64,000 nucleotides of DNA from Thermoanaerobaculia bacterium (lineage in GTDB: Bacteria > Acidobacteriota > Thermoanaerobaculia > Gp7-AA8): positions 14,597 through 78,596 of the forward strand of contig DATHRD010000015.1 in NCBI GenBank assembly GCA_035482045.1. Reading direction: 5' to 3'. Below are positions 56,158-64,000 of this stretch, piece after piece; positions within the stretch are counted from its first letter, which is position 1, and the number at the start of each line of letters is the position of its first letter. The notes below the pieces were generated by a model. That model made no database searches. It was not told the DNA's origin and was given only the letters and a program-made list of their open reading frames with translations. Both the position numbers and the translations under genes were made by a program.

Positions 56158-57680
56158 TGAGCGGCGCCGCGTTGGAGGCCGCCTGTCTTCGAATTCCGCT
56201 GACGACGTACGGCTTGAACCCATTCACGCTCGACTGGATGGCCGGCCACTCCAGCGCTACGCGGTTCCTTCCACGAAACGCGGCGGGGAGTTCCAGCCCG
56301 ACCGCCCATCCACCCGCCCTCGCGGACGCCCTGATCGCATCCAACCGCCAATGGGGCCGTGACGTCGGCGACGAAGTTCTCCGCTGGTCTCGCGGCGAGA
56401 CCTTCACGGTCATCGCCGGCCAGCAGGTCGGCTTCGCCGGCGGCCCGATCTACACACTGGCCAAGCTCACCGGAATGCTGAAGCTGAAGCGTGAAAACGA
56501 GAAGCGCGGCATTCCGACGACGGTTTTCTTCTGGCTGGCCACCGAAGACCACGACTTCGCGGAGGTGGCCACGCTGGCGTTGCCGAAGCGCGACCCGAAG
56601 CAGCAACTCGACCTCACGACATTTCGCGCGCGGCACCATGAATCGAAAACCGCCGTCGGCGGGCTGCCGGTCCCCGAGGAGCTGACGCGAGCGCTCGTCG
56701 AATACCTGGACATTCCCCGACCGGCATGGCTGCGCGAGGGCATCACCTTCCGGGACTCGTTCGCGGAGCTGATCAGCGAGGCAGTCGATGGCGGCTTCAT
56801 CCTCGTGGACGCGCTCCTTCCTGAGCTGCGCCGCGCCGGCGCGCCGGTGTTCGACGGGATACTCACGAACTGGGACCGCATTCAGCGCGAGCTGGAACTG
56901 CGCGCCGAGGCGCTGCAAAGTGCCGGTTACACGCCGCAGGTCGTGCCCCGTCCCGGCGAGGCGCACACGCTGCTCTTTGAGCTCGATGAGAACGGCCGGC
57001 GCGAGCTGATCGACAAGCCACGGCCGCTGGCCGCGCCGGAGAGGACATCGACTTCCGCGCTGACCCGTCCCCTGCTCCAGGATTCCGTGCTCCGCCCCGA
57101 CCTGTTCGTCGGGGGACCGGCCGAGGTCGCGTATTACGCGCAGATCGCGCCGCTGCACGAGCTACTCGGTATTGCCATGCCCCGCGTCGCGTTGCGCGCG
57201 CACGAGATGCTCGCGCCGAGGCGCATCGTGCGAACCGTTGCGCGCTACGACATCAGGCCCGAGGAGATTTTCGCCGGAGCCGACGCGCTGCTCGCGGCGC
57301 GCGAGCCCTCCGGCGTCGCCGAGGTACGGACCATCGCTCGAAACGCGCGGCACGAGCTCGCCGAACAGATCACCCGAATCGGCGAGATCGCGCTCCCTGC
57401 CGAGCACGCGCTCGCCCGCGCCATCAGCCGGTCCATCGGTCACATCGAGTACCACTTCGACAAACTGGCCGAACGCGCCATCCTCGGACTGGCGCGGAGG
57501 GATCGCGAGCGATATGCCGCCGTCCGCGAACTGGTGACCACGCTCGTTCCCGACGGCGTTGCCCAGGATCGCGTGACCGGCTGGTTCGGTTACTGGCAGG
57601 AGTATGGCCAGCATCTCGTCGGCCGCATGATCGATGAAGCGGAACAGGACGAGGATGTATGCAAGGTGGTGAGTTTGTGA
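56154..57680 (+). CDS. bshC: bacillithiol biosynthesis cysteine-adding enzyme BshC-like
   Basis: VIAGQQVGFAGGPIYTLAK resembles the BshC GQQ.G..GP.YT motif. About 508 aa. Adjacent to bshB and bshA. Confidence 0.6.
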   Translation: MMSGAALEAACLRIPLTTYGLNPFTLDWMAGHSSATRFLPRNAAGSSSPTAHPPALADALIASNRQWGRDVGDEVLRWSRGETFTVIAGQQVGFAGGPIYTLAKLTGMLKLKRENEKRGIPTTVFFWLATEDHDFAEVATLALPKRDPKQQLDLTTFRARHHESKTAVGGLPVPEELTRALVEYLDIPRPAWLREGITFRDSFAELISEAVDGGFILVDALLPELRRAGAPVFDGILTNWDRIQRELELRAEALQSAGYTPQVVPRPGEAHTLLFELDENGRRELIDKPRPLAAPERTSTSALTRPLLQDSVLRPDLFVGGPAEVAYYAQIAPLHELLGIAMPRVALRAHEMLAPRRIVRTVARYDIRPEEIFAGADALLAAREPSGVAEVRTIARNARHELAEQITRIGEIALPAEHALARAISRSIGHIEYHFDKLAERAILGLARRDRERYAAVRELVTTLVPDGVAQDRVTGWFGYWQEYGQHLVGRMIDEAEQDEDVCKVVSL

Positions 57681-58408
57681 TCGATGGACTCGAGCCGGTC
57701 GACCTGATTTTCTTCGGCGCGCATGCCGACGACATCGAGCTTTCGTGTGGCGGCACGATCGCGAAGGGGGTGCAGGACGGGCTGCGCATCGGCATCATCG
57801 AGCTGACGCGCGGCGAGCTGGGGACACGTGGCACGCCGCGGGTCCGCCGGCGCGAGGCGCTCAAGGCAGCGAAGATCCTGGGAGCCCGTTTCCGCGAGCA
57901 TCTCGACTTCGGAGACGGCGGCATGCGCACCGGCCGCGAGGAGGAGCTGCAGGTCATCGAGATCGTCCGCCGCTGCCGGCCGAAGCTCGTCTTCAGCATG
58001 TGGCCCGATGACCGGCATCCGGATCACATTCGAACCGGACGGATCGTCACCGAGGCGTCGTTCTACTCCGGGCTGCGCCAGTTGGAGACCGGCCTTCCCG
58101 CGCACCGGCCGCAGGCGACGATTTACTATCCGCAGAACTATCTCGTCACGCCGAGCTTCGTGGTCGACGTCACGAAGACCTGGAAGACGAAGATGCGCGC
58201 CGTCGCCGCGTTCAAGTCGCAGTTCTACGACCCGAAATCGAAAGAGCCGCCCACGTTCATCGCGGACAAGAAGTTTCTGGAGATGATCGAGGCGCGTGGC
58301 CGCCACTTCGGCGCGCTGATCGGCGTCGAGTTCGGCGAAGCGTTCATGACAAAGCAGCCGCCGAAGGTCGATGACGTGATCGCCGCGTACAGCGGGAGGG
58401 AGCCGTGA
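57656..58408 (+). CDS. bshB: PIG-L/LmbE-family deacetylase (BshB-like)
   Basis: LIFFGAHADDIELSCGGTIAK ... PDDRHPDH zinc-site motifs. Confidence 0.7.
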   Translation, partial: CMQGGEFVIDGLEPVDLIFFGAHADDIELSCGGTIAKGVQDGLRIGIIELTRGELGTRGTPRVRRREALKAAKILGARFREHLDFGDGGMRTGREEELQVIEIVRRCRPKLVFSMWPDDRHPDHIRTGRIVTEASFYSGLRQLETGLPAHRPQATIYYPQNYLVTPSFVVDVTKTWKTKMRAVAAFKSQFYDPKSKEPPTFIADKKFLEMIEARGRHFGALIGVEFGEAFMTKQPPKVDDVIAAYSGREP

Positions 58409-58414
58409 GAGCTG

Positions 58415-58493
58415 TTGCGAAGTGGCGCGGTTGCGGGGTCTCGCGGCGGCCGGCTACCGCGCGACCTCGGAACCGCGAGACTGCGAGACCGCG
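58415..58493. repeat. GCGGTCTCGCGG palindromic element abutting the bshA start codon
   Basis: gcggttgcggggtctcgcgg ... ccgcgagactgcgagaccgcg ATG. Confidence 0.75.
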
Positions 58494-59612
58494 ATGAGAA
58501 TCGGCATCACCTGCTATCCCACATTCGGAGGCTCGGGCGTTGTGGCCACGGAGCTCGGCGTCGCCCTGGCCCGCGGCGGCGACGACGTTCACTTCATAAG
58601 CTACGCCATGCCGTCGCGCCTCAACGTGCTGCACGAGCGCGTCCGCTTTCACGAGGTAACGGTCACGCCGTATCCCCTGTTTGATCCGTACCCGCCCTAC
58701 ACGCTGGCTCTGGCCACGAAGATGGCCGAGGTGGCCGTTTACGAAAAGCTCGACATCCTCCACGTGCACTACGCGATCCCGCACGCCATCAGCGCGCACC
58801 TGGCGCGCGAGATCGTCGGCTCGAAGGACCTTCGCTTCATCACGACGCTGCACGGTACCGACATAACGCTCGTCGGACGCGACGCAAGTTATCTGCCGAT
58901 CACCAGGTTCGGCATCGAGGTGTCCGACGGCGTGACCGCGGTGTCGGAATGGCTTCGAAAAGAGACCGCGAAGAACTTCGCCACCGAGAAGGAAATCGAA
59001 GTCATCCCGAACTTCGTCGATCCGGCCCGATTCCGCAAGCACGACAGCTCTCTCTCGAATCTTTTCTCCTCTTCGGGCGAGAAGCTGCTCTGTCATGTCT
59101 CCAACTTCCGCCCCGTCAAACGGATCATGGACGTGCTCGTGGTGTTCGAGCGCGTGTCGCGCGTGGTGCCCAGTCGTCTGGTGATGATCGGCGACGGCCC
59201 GGACCGTTCCCTCGCGGAGGCCTTCTGCCGCGACCATCACCTGCGCGAGAAAGTCTTTTTCCTCGGCAACGTTCCGAACCTCGAGGAGGTCGTTGGCGCC
59301 GCGGACGTTTTTCTCCTCCCGTCCGAGGCCGAGTCATTCGGTATGGCCGCTCTCGAAGCGATGGCCTCCGAGGTGCCGGTGATCGGCAGCCGTGCCGGCG
59401 GCCTGACCGAAGTCGTCGTGGAGGGAGAGACCGGCTACCTTCTCCCCGTCGGCGACGTCGAAGCGATGGCCGAGCGCGCCATCGAGATCCTCTCGAATCC
59501 CGACCTCCACCGCCGCCTGGGGCGGAATGGGCGGGATCTGGCGGAGGGGAAGTTCAACGTGAATCGTGTGGTGCCGAGGTATCGGGAGTTCTACGAGAGG
59601 GTGATCGGGTAG
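58494..59612 (+). CDS. bshA: GT4 glycosyltransferase BshA-like (N-acetylglucosaminyl-malate synthase)
   Basis: [22 protein letters not shown] is a BshA-type N-terminus. C-terminal E..E GT4 motif. Confidence 0.7.
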   Translation: MRIGITCYPTFGGSGVVATELGVALARGGDDVHFISYAMPSRLNVLHERVRFHEVTVTPYPLFDPYPPYTLALATKMAEVAVYEKLDILHVHYAIPHAISAHLAREIVGSKDLRFITTLHGTDITLVGRDASYLPITRFGIEVSDGVTAVSEWLRKETAKNFATEKEIEVIPNFVDPARFRKHDSSLSNLFSSSGEKLLCHVSNFRPVKRIMDVLVVFERVSRVVPSRLVMIGDGPDRSLAEAFCRDHHLREKVFFLGNVPNLEEVVGAADVFLLPSEAESFGMAALEAMASEVPVIGSRAGGLTEVVVEGETGYLLPVGDVEAMAERAIEILSNPDLHRRLGRNGRDLAEGKFNVNRVVPRYREFYERVIG

Positions 59613-59657
59613 GGTGGGAACGCGTCATCACCGCGCGGCGTTAGAATAGTTGTCATC

Positions 59658-59870
59658 ATGTCTGGCAAAGTCATCATCACCACCCCGTTCCCGACGCCGG
59701 ATGAGGTTGCGGCCTACCTTCGCATCCCGCCGAAACGGGTCGCAGAGCTCCGGCGCATGATTGATGAAGTACGCGCGGAGACGTCGCGCAGTGATCGCAA
59801 CAAGAAGGCGCGGCGGAACGGCGGCCGAGCGCTTTCCACCCGCGGCAAAGCTACGCGCGCGAAGAAGTGA
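59658..59870 (+). CDS. small excisionase/AlpA-like HTH DNA-binding protein with basic tail
   Basis: TPDEVAAYLRIPPKRVAELRR resembles an HTH_17-type helix-turn-helix. Lys/Arg-rich C-terminus. Confidence 0.4.
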   Translation: MSGKVIITTPFPTPDEVAAYLRIPPKRVAELRRMIDEVRAETSRSDRNKKARRNGGRALSTRGKATRAKK

Positions 59871-59882
59871 GGTCGTACCACG

Positions 59883-60501
59883 GTGGCCACAAACCAGCCG
59901 AAGCCGCCGGTCGCCTTCATCAACATCCCATACGCGAAACAATACGAACGCGTGTATCTGGCGTTTATCGCCGGCACAGCCGGGTACGGTCTCGTTCCTA
60001 CGGCGGCTGTTCGGGACCCGTCGAGTCGGTTTCAGCTTGAACGCATTTACGAGCTGATCTCAACAGCTCAGTATTCGTTTCACGACCTGTCGTGGATGTC
60101 GCTCGATAGGAAATCGCCGCGGACACCACGTCTTAATATGGCCTTCGAGCTCGGGCTGGCTGTAGCGGTCAGCCGGGCTGCAGGCGCAGATCATCAGTGG
60201 TTCGCATTCGACACAGTCGCCTACCGTCTAGACAAGGCACTGAGTGATCTTGGCGGGATACGGCCACGAATCCGACCGATCGCCCGAGAGCGTCCTCCGC
60301 GCGCTGATGAACGTTCTCGGACGCGTGAGCGACCGGCCAACTTTTGCAAACCTGATCAACACCTATCGTGAGGTTGAAAAAGTGGCGCGACGAATCAAAC
60401 GCAATTACTCTCGTGATCTCTTTGATACGAAGCCTTTCAACGAATTGGTCTTTGTCGCCAGTGAAACAGCGCAACGATTCACACCAACAATTGCTGGCTG
60501 A
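59883..60501 (+). CDS. hypothetical protein split over two overlapping frames (possible frameshift); weak TIR-like resemblance
   Basis: ORF 59883..60371 (VAFINIPYAK ... YSFHDLSWM ... AFELGLAVAV) and ORF 60244..60501 (GTG start, protein-like sequence). The tail of the first ORF is Arg-rich and junk-like after about 60240. Confidence 0.3.
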
Positions 60502-60543
60502 ATATGGCTTCGACTGGACCCCTGAACGCCACGATAAGCGTCT

Positions 60544-60996
60544 TCACGATCCCTCCTCCCTCGCCAGCGTCCCCGAGAAAACCGCGTGGGGGGCTCGCTT
60601 GAGAATCTCGTTTCGAGCGATGGCGTAGCCAAGGATCGCGTCGACCAGCATGCGCCGCCCGTCGTGGGAGAAGAGGATCAGGACCTTTCGCTTGATCTCG
60701 CGGACTTCGACGATGTCTTCCCAGCGCATCCAACGCCCGCGCTTGCCGAACAGCTTCAGCACCCAGTTCTCGTACATCAGGCCGTCGTCGCTGAGGTAGA
60801 TGTGATCGCCGTACTGCACGGCAGCCGCGGCCAGCGTACCGAGGAAGAGCAGGATGAGGGCCACGATCGGCAGCGCCTCGATCTCCTTTTCACCCTTCGA
60901 CAGATAGTCGAACAGCAATGCCGCAGAGGCAAAGGACGCCGCGCAGGAGATCAGGCGCGCGACCGGCGTGCGGTCGAATTTGAGGATCTGAGACAT
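60544..60996 (-). CDS. small membrane protein with two TM helices and a bacterial-PH-like (DUF304/YdbS-like) C-terminal region
   Basis: TM segments LISCAASFASAALLF and LPIVALILLFLGTLAAAAV. C-terminal YENWVLKLFGKRGRWMRWEDIVEVREIK. Confidence 0.4.
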   Translation of the reverse strand: MSQILKFDRTPVARLISCAASFASAALLFDYLSKGEKEIEALPIVALILLFLGTLAAAAVQYGDHIYLSDDGLMYENWVLKLFGKRGRWMRWEDIVEVREIKRKVLILFSHDGRRMLVDAILGYAIARNEILKRAPHAVFSGTLAREEGS

Positions 60997-61007
60997 GGCG
61001 GGAAAGT

Positions 61008-61095
61008 ATAGGACGCGGTGTGTCGCGGTCTCGGGGTTGCGGGGTTACGAGGTCTCGGGGTTACGAGATCGCGGAGTGGGGGTTGCTGGGTTGCT
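61008..61095. repeat. GCGGTCTCG-family element forming the left flank of a 22-bp tandem array
   Basis: gcggtgtgtcgcggtctcggggttgcggggttacgaggtctcggggttacgagatcgcggagtgggggttgctgggttgc. Confidence 0.7.
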
Positions 61096-61129
61096 TAACG
61101 CGCGCATGGCCGGCGAAGCAGGCGACCGG

Positions 61130-61620
61130 TCAGTCATGGCTGTGAATCCGTCCATTCCAGACCCCGTGACTTGATGTCCCAGACCCCGAGACCTGATGTT
61201 CTGAACCCCGTGGATTGACGTCCCAAACCCCGAGACCTGACGTTCCACACTTCGGGACTCGCGTTCCGTACCCGGGACCTGACGTTCCGCACCCCGGGAC
61301 CTGACGTTCCGCACCCCGGGACCTGAGGTTCCGGACCCCGGGACCTGACGTTCCACACCCCGGGACCTGACGTTCCGGACCCCGAGACCTGACGTTCCGG
61401 ACCCCGAGACCTGACGTTCCGCACCCCGGGACCTGACGTTCCGGGCCCCGAAACCTGACGTTTCACACCCCGGGACCTGACGTTACGGACCCCGAGACCT
61501 GACATTACGCACCCTGGGACCTGACGTACCAAACCCCGAGACCTGACGTACCAAACCCCGAGACCTGACGTTACGGACCCCGAGACCTGACGTTACGGAC
61601 CCCGAGACCCGACGTTCCAC
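61130..61620. repeat. tandem array of about 20 degenerate copies of a 22-bp unit ACCCCGGGACCTGACGTTCCGC
   Basis: Copy variants accccgagacctgacgttccgg, accccgggacctgaggttccgg and others, with period 22. Closed by accgcgagaccgc at about 61620-61632. Confidence 0.85.
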
Positions 61621-61679
61621 ACCGCGAGACCGCATAACCTCGGCCCATGACCCACCTGCCGAAACTGCGCGACCGCGAA

Positions 61680-61702
61680 ACCTCGACTACAATCCCCGCC
61701 CC
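61680..61702 (+). promoter_or_regulatory. possible -10 element (TACAAT) 11 nt upstream of the proS ATG
   Basis: cgactacaatccccgccccATG. No Shine-Dalgarno sequence between the box and the start codon. Confidence 0.3.
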
Positions 61703-63415
61703 ATGCGCTGGAGCCAATATTTCATCAACACGTTGCGCGAAGTACCCGCTGACGCGGACGTCATCAGCCAGAAGCTGATGATGCGCGCCAGCATGATCCG
61801 CAAGGTCGCGGCGGGCATCTACACCTACCTCCCCCTGGGCCTTCGCTCGATGCAGAAGCTGGAAGCGATCGTACGCGAGGAGATGGGACGCGCCGGCGCC
61901 GTAGAGCTGTCGATGCCGACGATCCAGCCGGCCGAGCTATGGATGGAGTCGAAGCGCTGGGAGCGCTACGGCAAAGAGTTGCTGCGCGTCAAAGACCGCC
62001 ACGAGCGCGACTTCGTCTACGCGCCGACGGCGGAAGAGGTCATCACCGATACCGTTCGCGACGCCATCAACTCCTATCGCCTCCTGCCGGTGAATCTCTA
62101 TCAGATCCAGACGAAGTTCCGCGACGAAGTGCGCCCCCGCTTCGGCCTGATGCGTGGCCGCGAGTTCGTGATGAAGGATGCGTACTCGTTTCACGCCACG
62201 CGCGAATCGCTCGACGAGACGTACGAGAAGATGCGTGTCGCCTACAGCGCCGTCTTCCGCCGCTGCGCGCTGGACCATGTCGCCGTCGACGCCGACACCG
62301 GCAATATCGGCGGCTCGGCGTCGCACGAGTTCATGGTGCTGGCGCAGTCGGGCGAGGACGCGGTCGTGTCGTGTCCGAATTGCAATTACGGCGCGAACGT
62401 AGAGAAGGCGACGTCCACGTTCTTTCGCAGCGAGTTGGAGCCGGCAACGATGGTCGGGCTGGCCGCGGTCCACACGCCGGGCACTCAGTCGATCGACGAC
62501 GTCGGCAAGTTCCTCGGCAAGCCGACTTCGGAGCTGGTGAAGACGCTCGTCTTCGACACCGACAACGGTTGCGTGATGGTCCTGGTACGCGGCGACCGCG
62601 ACGGGAACGAGGTCAAGATCAAGAATCACCTCGGCGCGCAGTTCCTGGAGATGATGCCGGACACGCGGTTCGAACAAGCCACGGGCGGTCCGGTCGGCTA
62701 CTGCGGACCGGTTGGTACGAAGGCGCCGCGCGTTCTCGCCGACGTCTCCCTCAGGGGGCAGGTGAACTGGGTTGTCGGCGCCAATAAGCGCGATACGCAC
62801 CTCACCGGCGCGAATCCCGGCCGCGATTTTCCGGAGCCGGAGTACGGAGATTTCACGACCGTCTTTGCCGGCGATCCGTGCCCGCGGTGTGCCACGCCGC
62901 TGGAGATTTACCGCGGCATCGAGGTCGGTCACGTCTTCAAGCTCGGTACGAAGTACTCCGAGCCGATGAACTGCACGTTCCTCGACGAGAAGGGCGCGCG
63001 CCAGCCGATGATCATGGGCTGCTACGGCCTCGGCATCGGCCGTACGGTCGCCGCCGCCATCGAGCAGAGCCACGACGACGACGGCATCATCTGGCCGATG
63101 CCGATCGCGCCGTTCGAGGTGGTGGTGACGCAGATCGGCAAGGAAGACAACGTCCGTTCAACGGCCGGCGATATCTACCGCCAACTGTGCGACGCCGGTG
63201 TCGACGCAATCCTCGACGACCGCGACGAACGTCCGGGGGTGAAGTTCAAGGACGCGGACCTGATCGGCTTCCCGCTCCGCATCGGTGTGGGCGCGAAGAG
63301 CCTAGCCAACGGCCAGATCGAGTGGAGCTTCCGCAAGGATCGCGTGAAGCAGCTCGGAGCGGCGGATGAGGTCGTGGCGCGGGTGATCGAAGACGTGCGC
63401 AACGCGAGGGTGTGA
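61703..63415 (+). CDS. proS: prolyl-tRNA synthetase (bacterial type with editing domain)
   Basis: MRWSQYFINTLREVPADADVISQKLMMRA... Class II aminoacyl-tRNA synthetase motifs and anticodon-binding domain. 570 aa. Confidence 0.95.
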   Translation: MRWSQYFINTLREVPADADVISQKLMMRASMIRKVAAGIYTYLPLGLRSMQKLEAIVREEMGRAGAVELSMPTIQPAELWMESKRWERYGKELLRVKDRHERDFVYAPTAEEVITDTVRDAINSYRLLPVNLYQIQTKFRDEVRPRFGLMRGREFVMKDAYSFHATRESLDETYEKMRVAYSAVFRRCALDHVAVDADTGNIGGSASHEFMVLAQSGEDAVVSCPNCNYGANVEKATSTFFRSELEPATMVGLAAVHTPGTQSIDDVGKFLGKPTSELVKTLVFDTDNGCVMVLVRGDRDGNEVKIKNHLGAQFLEMMPDTRFEQATGGPVGYCGPVGTKAPRVLADVSLRGQVNWVVGANKRDTHLTGANPGRDFPEPEYGDFTTVFAGDPCPRCATPLEIYRGIEVGHVFKLGTKYSEPMNCTFLDEKGARQPMIMGCYGLGIGRTVAAAIEQSHDDDGIIWPMPIAPFEVVVTQIGKEDNVRSTAGDIYRQLCDAGVDAILDDRDERPGVKFKDADLIGFPLRIGVGAKSLANGQIEWSFRKDRVKQLGAADEVVARVIEDVRNARV

Positions 63416-63464
63416 TCTGAACGAGTCTGGCCGCGCGGCCTCCGCATGACGATATCGTTGCCGG

Positions 63465-64000
63465 TCAGTTCCGCCGTGCTTTCAGGTACTCCGCGACTTC
63501 CTCAACCGGCTTCGTGTTGAAGATCTCCTTCGCCGAGAGCCCTGCCTTGCGCGCCACCCAGGTGCCGCTGATGAGCGCGGCGTATTCGTGGACGGAGTGG
63601 GCGTCGGGATTGATGCTGAAGCCGACGCCGAGGTCCAGGGCGCGGCGGACGTGGCGCCAGTCGATATCGAGGCGGTTCGGATTGCCGTTGATCTCGATCA
63701 TCACCCCGCGCGCGGCTGCCTTCTCGAAGACACGCTCGTAGTCGATCGTGTAGCCGTCGCGCGAAAGGAGCTTGCGGCCGGTCAGATGGCCCAGGAATGT
63801 CACGTAAGGGTTGTCGAGCGCGCGCAACATGCGCTCCGTCATCTCGTCTTTCGGCATGTGGAACCGCGAATGGATCGAGGCGATGACGAAGTCGAATTTC
63901 GCCAGCGTCCTGGCATCGTAATCGATCGTGCCGTCCGGGAGAATGTCTGCCTCGGTGCCGCGGAAGACGCGCATCGGCGCGACATCGCCTTCGGTGGCGG
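63465..64000 (-). CDS. PHP-domain phosphoesterase (PolX-family C-terminal / histidinol-phosphatase-like), 5-prime partial
   Basis: ADILPDGTIDY...DFVIASIHS...GHLTGRKL...INPDAHS His/Asp metal ligands of the PHP fold. The ORF runs off the window end. Confidence 0.6.
   Translation of the reverse strand, partial: ATEGDVAPMRVFRGTEADILPDGTIDYDARTLAKFDFVIASIHSRFHMPKDEMTERMLRALDNPYVTFLGHLTGRKLLSRDGYTIDYERVFEKAAARGVMIEINGNPNRLDIDWRHVRRALDLGVGFSINPDAHSVHEYAALISGTWVARKAGLSAKEIFNTKPVEEVAEYLKARRN

Noticed and set aside
61134-61532. ORFs translating the tandem arrays: 61134..61532 minus, 39721..40214 minus, 15034..15354 plus, 15113..15346 minus
   Set aside because: The 22-bp period is not a multiple of 3. 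All frames are open simply because the repeats lack stops. The translations are low-complexity.
39880-61620. CRISPR array interpretation of the 21-22 bp tandem repeat arrays (39880-40215, 61130-61620 and 15170-15415)
   Set aside because: Units are directly adjacent with no unique spacers. No cas genes are in the window. The units are degenerate rather than identical.
63416-63465. GGCCGCGCGGCC palindrome after proS as a terminator
   Set aside because: Short stem with no T-run. Possibly just a restriction-site-like palindrome.

Overview
High-GC bacterial chromosomal segment of about 64 kb with dense coding on both strands and no rRNA, tRNA or CRISPR array recognised. Content in order:
(1) A purine and pyrimidine catabolism locus (1-17 kb): a DUF989 membrane protein, a CitE/HpcH-like lyase, HIU hydrolase, an allantoicase fused to OHCU decarboxylase, allantoinase, xdhB and xdhA separated by an opposite-strand secreted gene, a beta-ureidopropionase-like CN-hydrolase, an NCS1 permease and a dihydropyrimidinase.
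(2) A HepT/MntA toxin-antitoxin pair next to purD.
(3) Three ECF sigma / anti-sigma modules, each with a different secreted cargo gene.
(4) A FadL-like outer membrane protein, a VanX-like dipeptidase, an LLM oxidoreductase, an asparaginase_II-like protein and an aldehyde dehydrogenase.
(5) glmS, alkA-like, ogt, a rhomboid protease, mnmA, a CheY-like response regulator, purE, a CDF transporter and an orphan mglA-like GTPase.
(6) An eda-like aldolase, a LigB-family dioxygenase fused to a RidA domain, and a KynB-like cyclase.
(7) A GT4 glycosyltransferase, a Trm112-like protein and an O-antigen-ligase-like protein.
(8) A zinc-ribbon TPR protein, hbd, a histidine kinase and Spy/CpxP-like proteins.
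(9) A bacillithiol cluster bshC-bshB-bshA.
(10) A small islet (HTH protein, frameshifted TIR-like ORF, bPH membrane protein) next to proS.

The most unusual content is non-coding:
- A family of GCGGTCTCGCGG / CCGCGAGACCGC-based palindromic elements sits directly against start codons.
- Four separate tandem arrays are built from short, internally palindromic 21-22 bp or 7 bp units.
- Two G-rich / C-rich palindromes lie in divergent promoter regions.
- A MITE-like element with TGTCATCCTG termini occurs in two copies.
- A near-perfect hairpin lies in frame inside xdhA.

CDS coordinates are anchored to the supplied ORF track. Repeat coordinates are approximate (about +/-3 bp).
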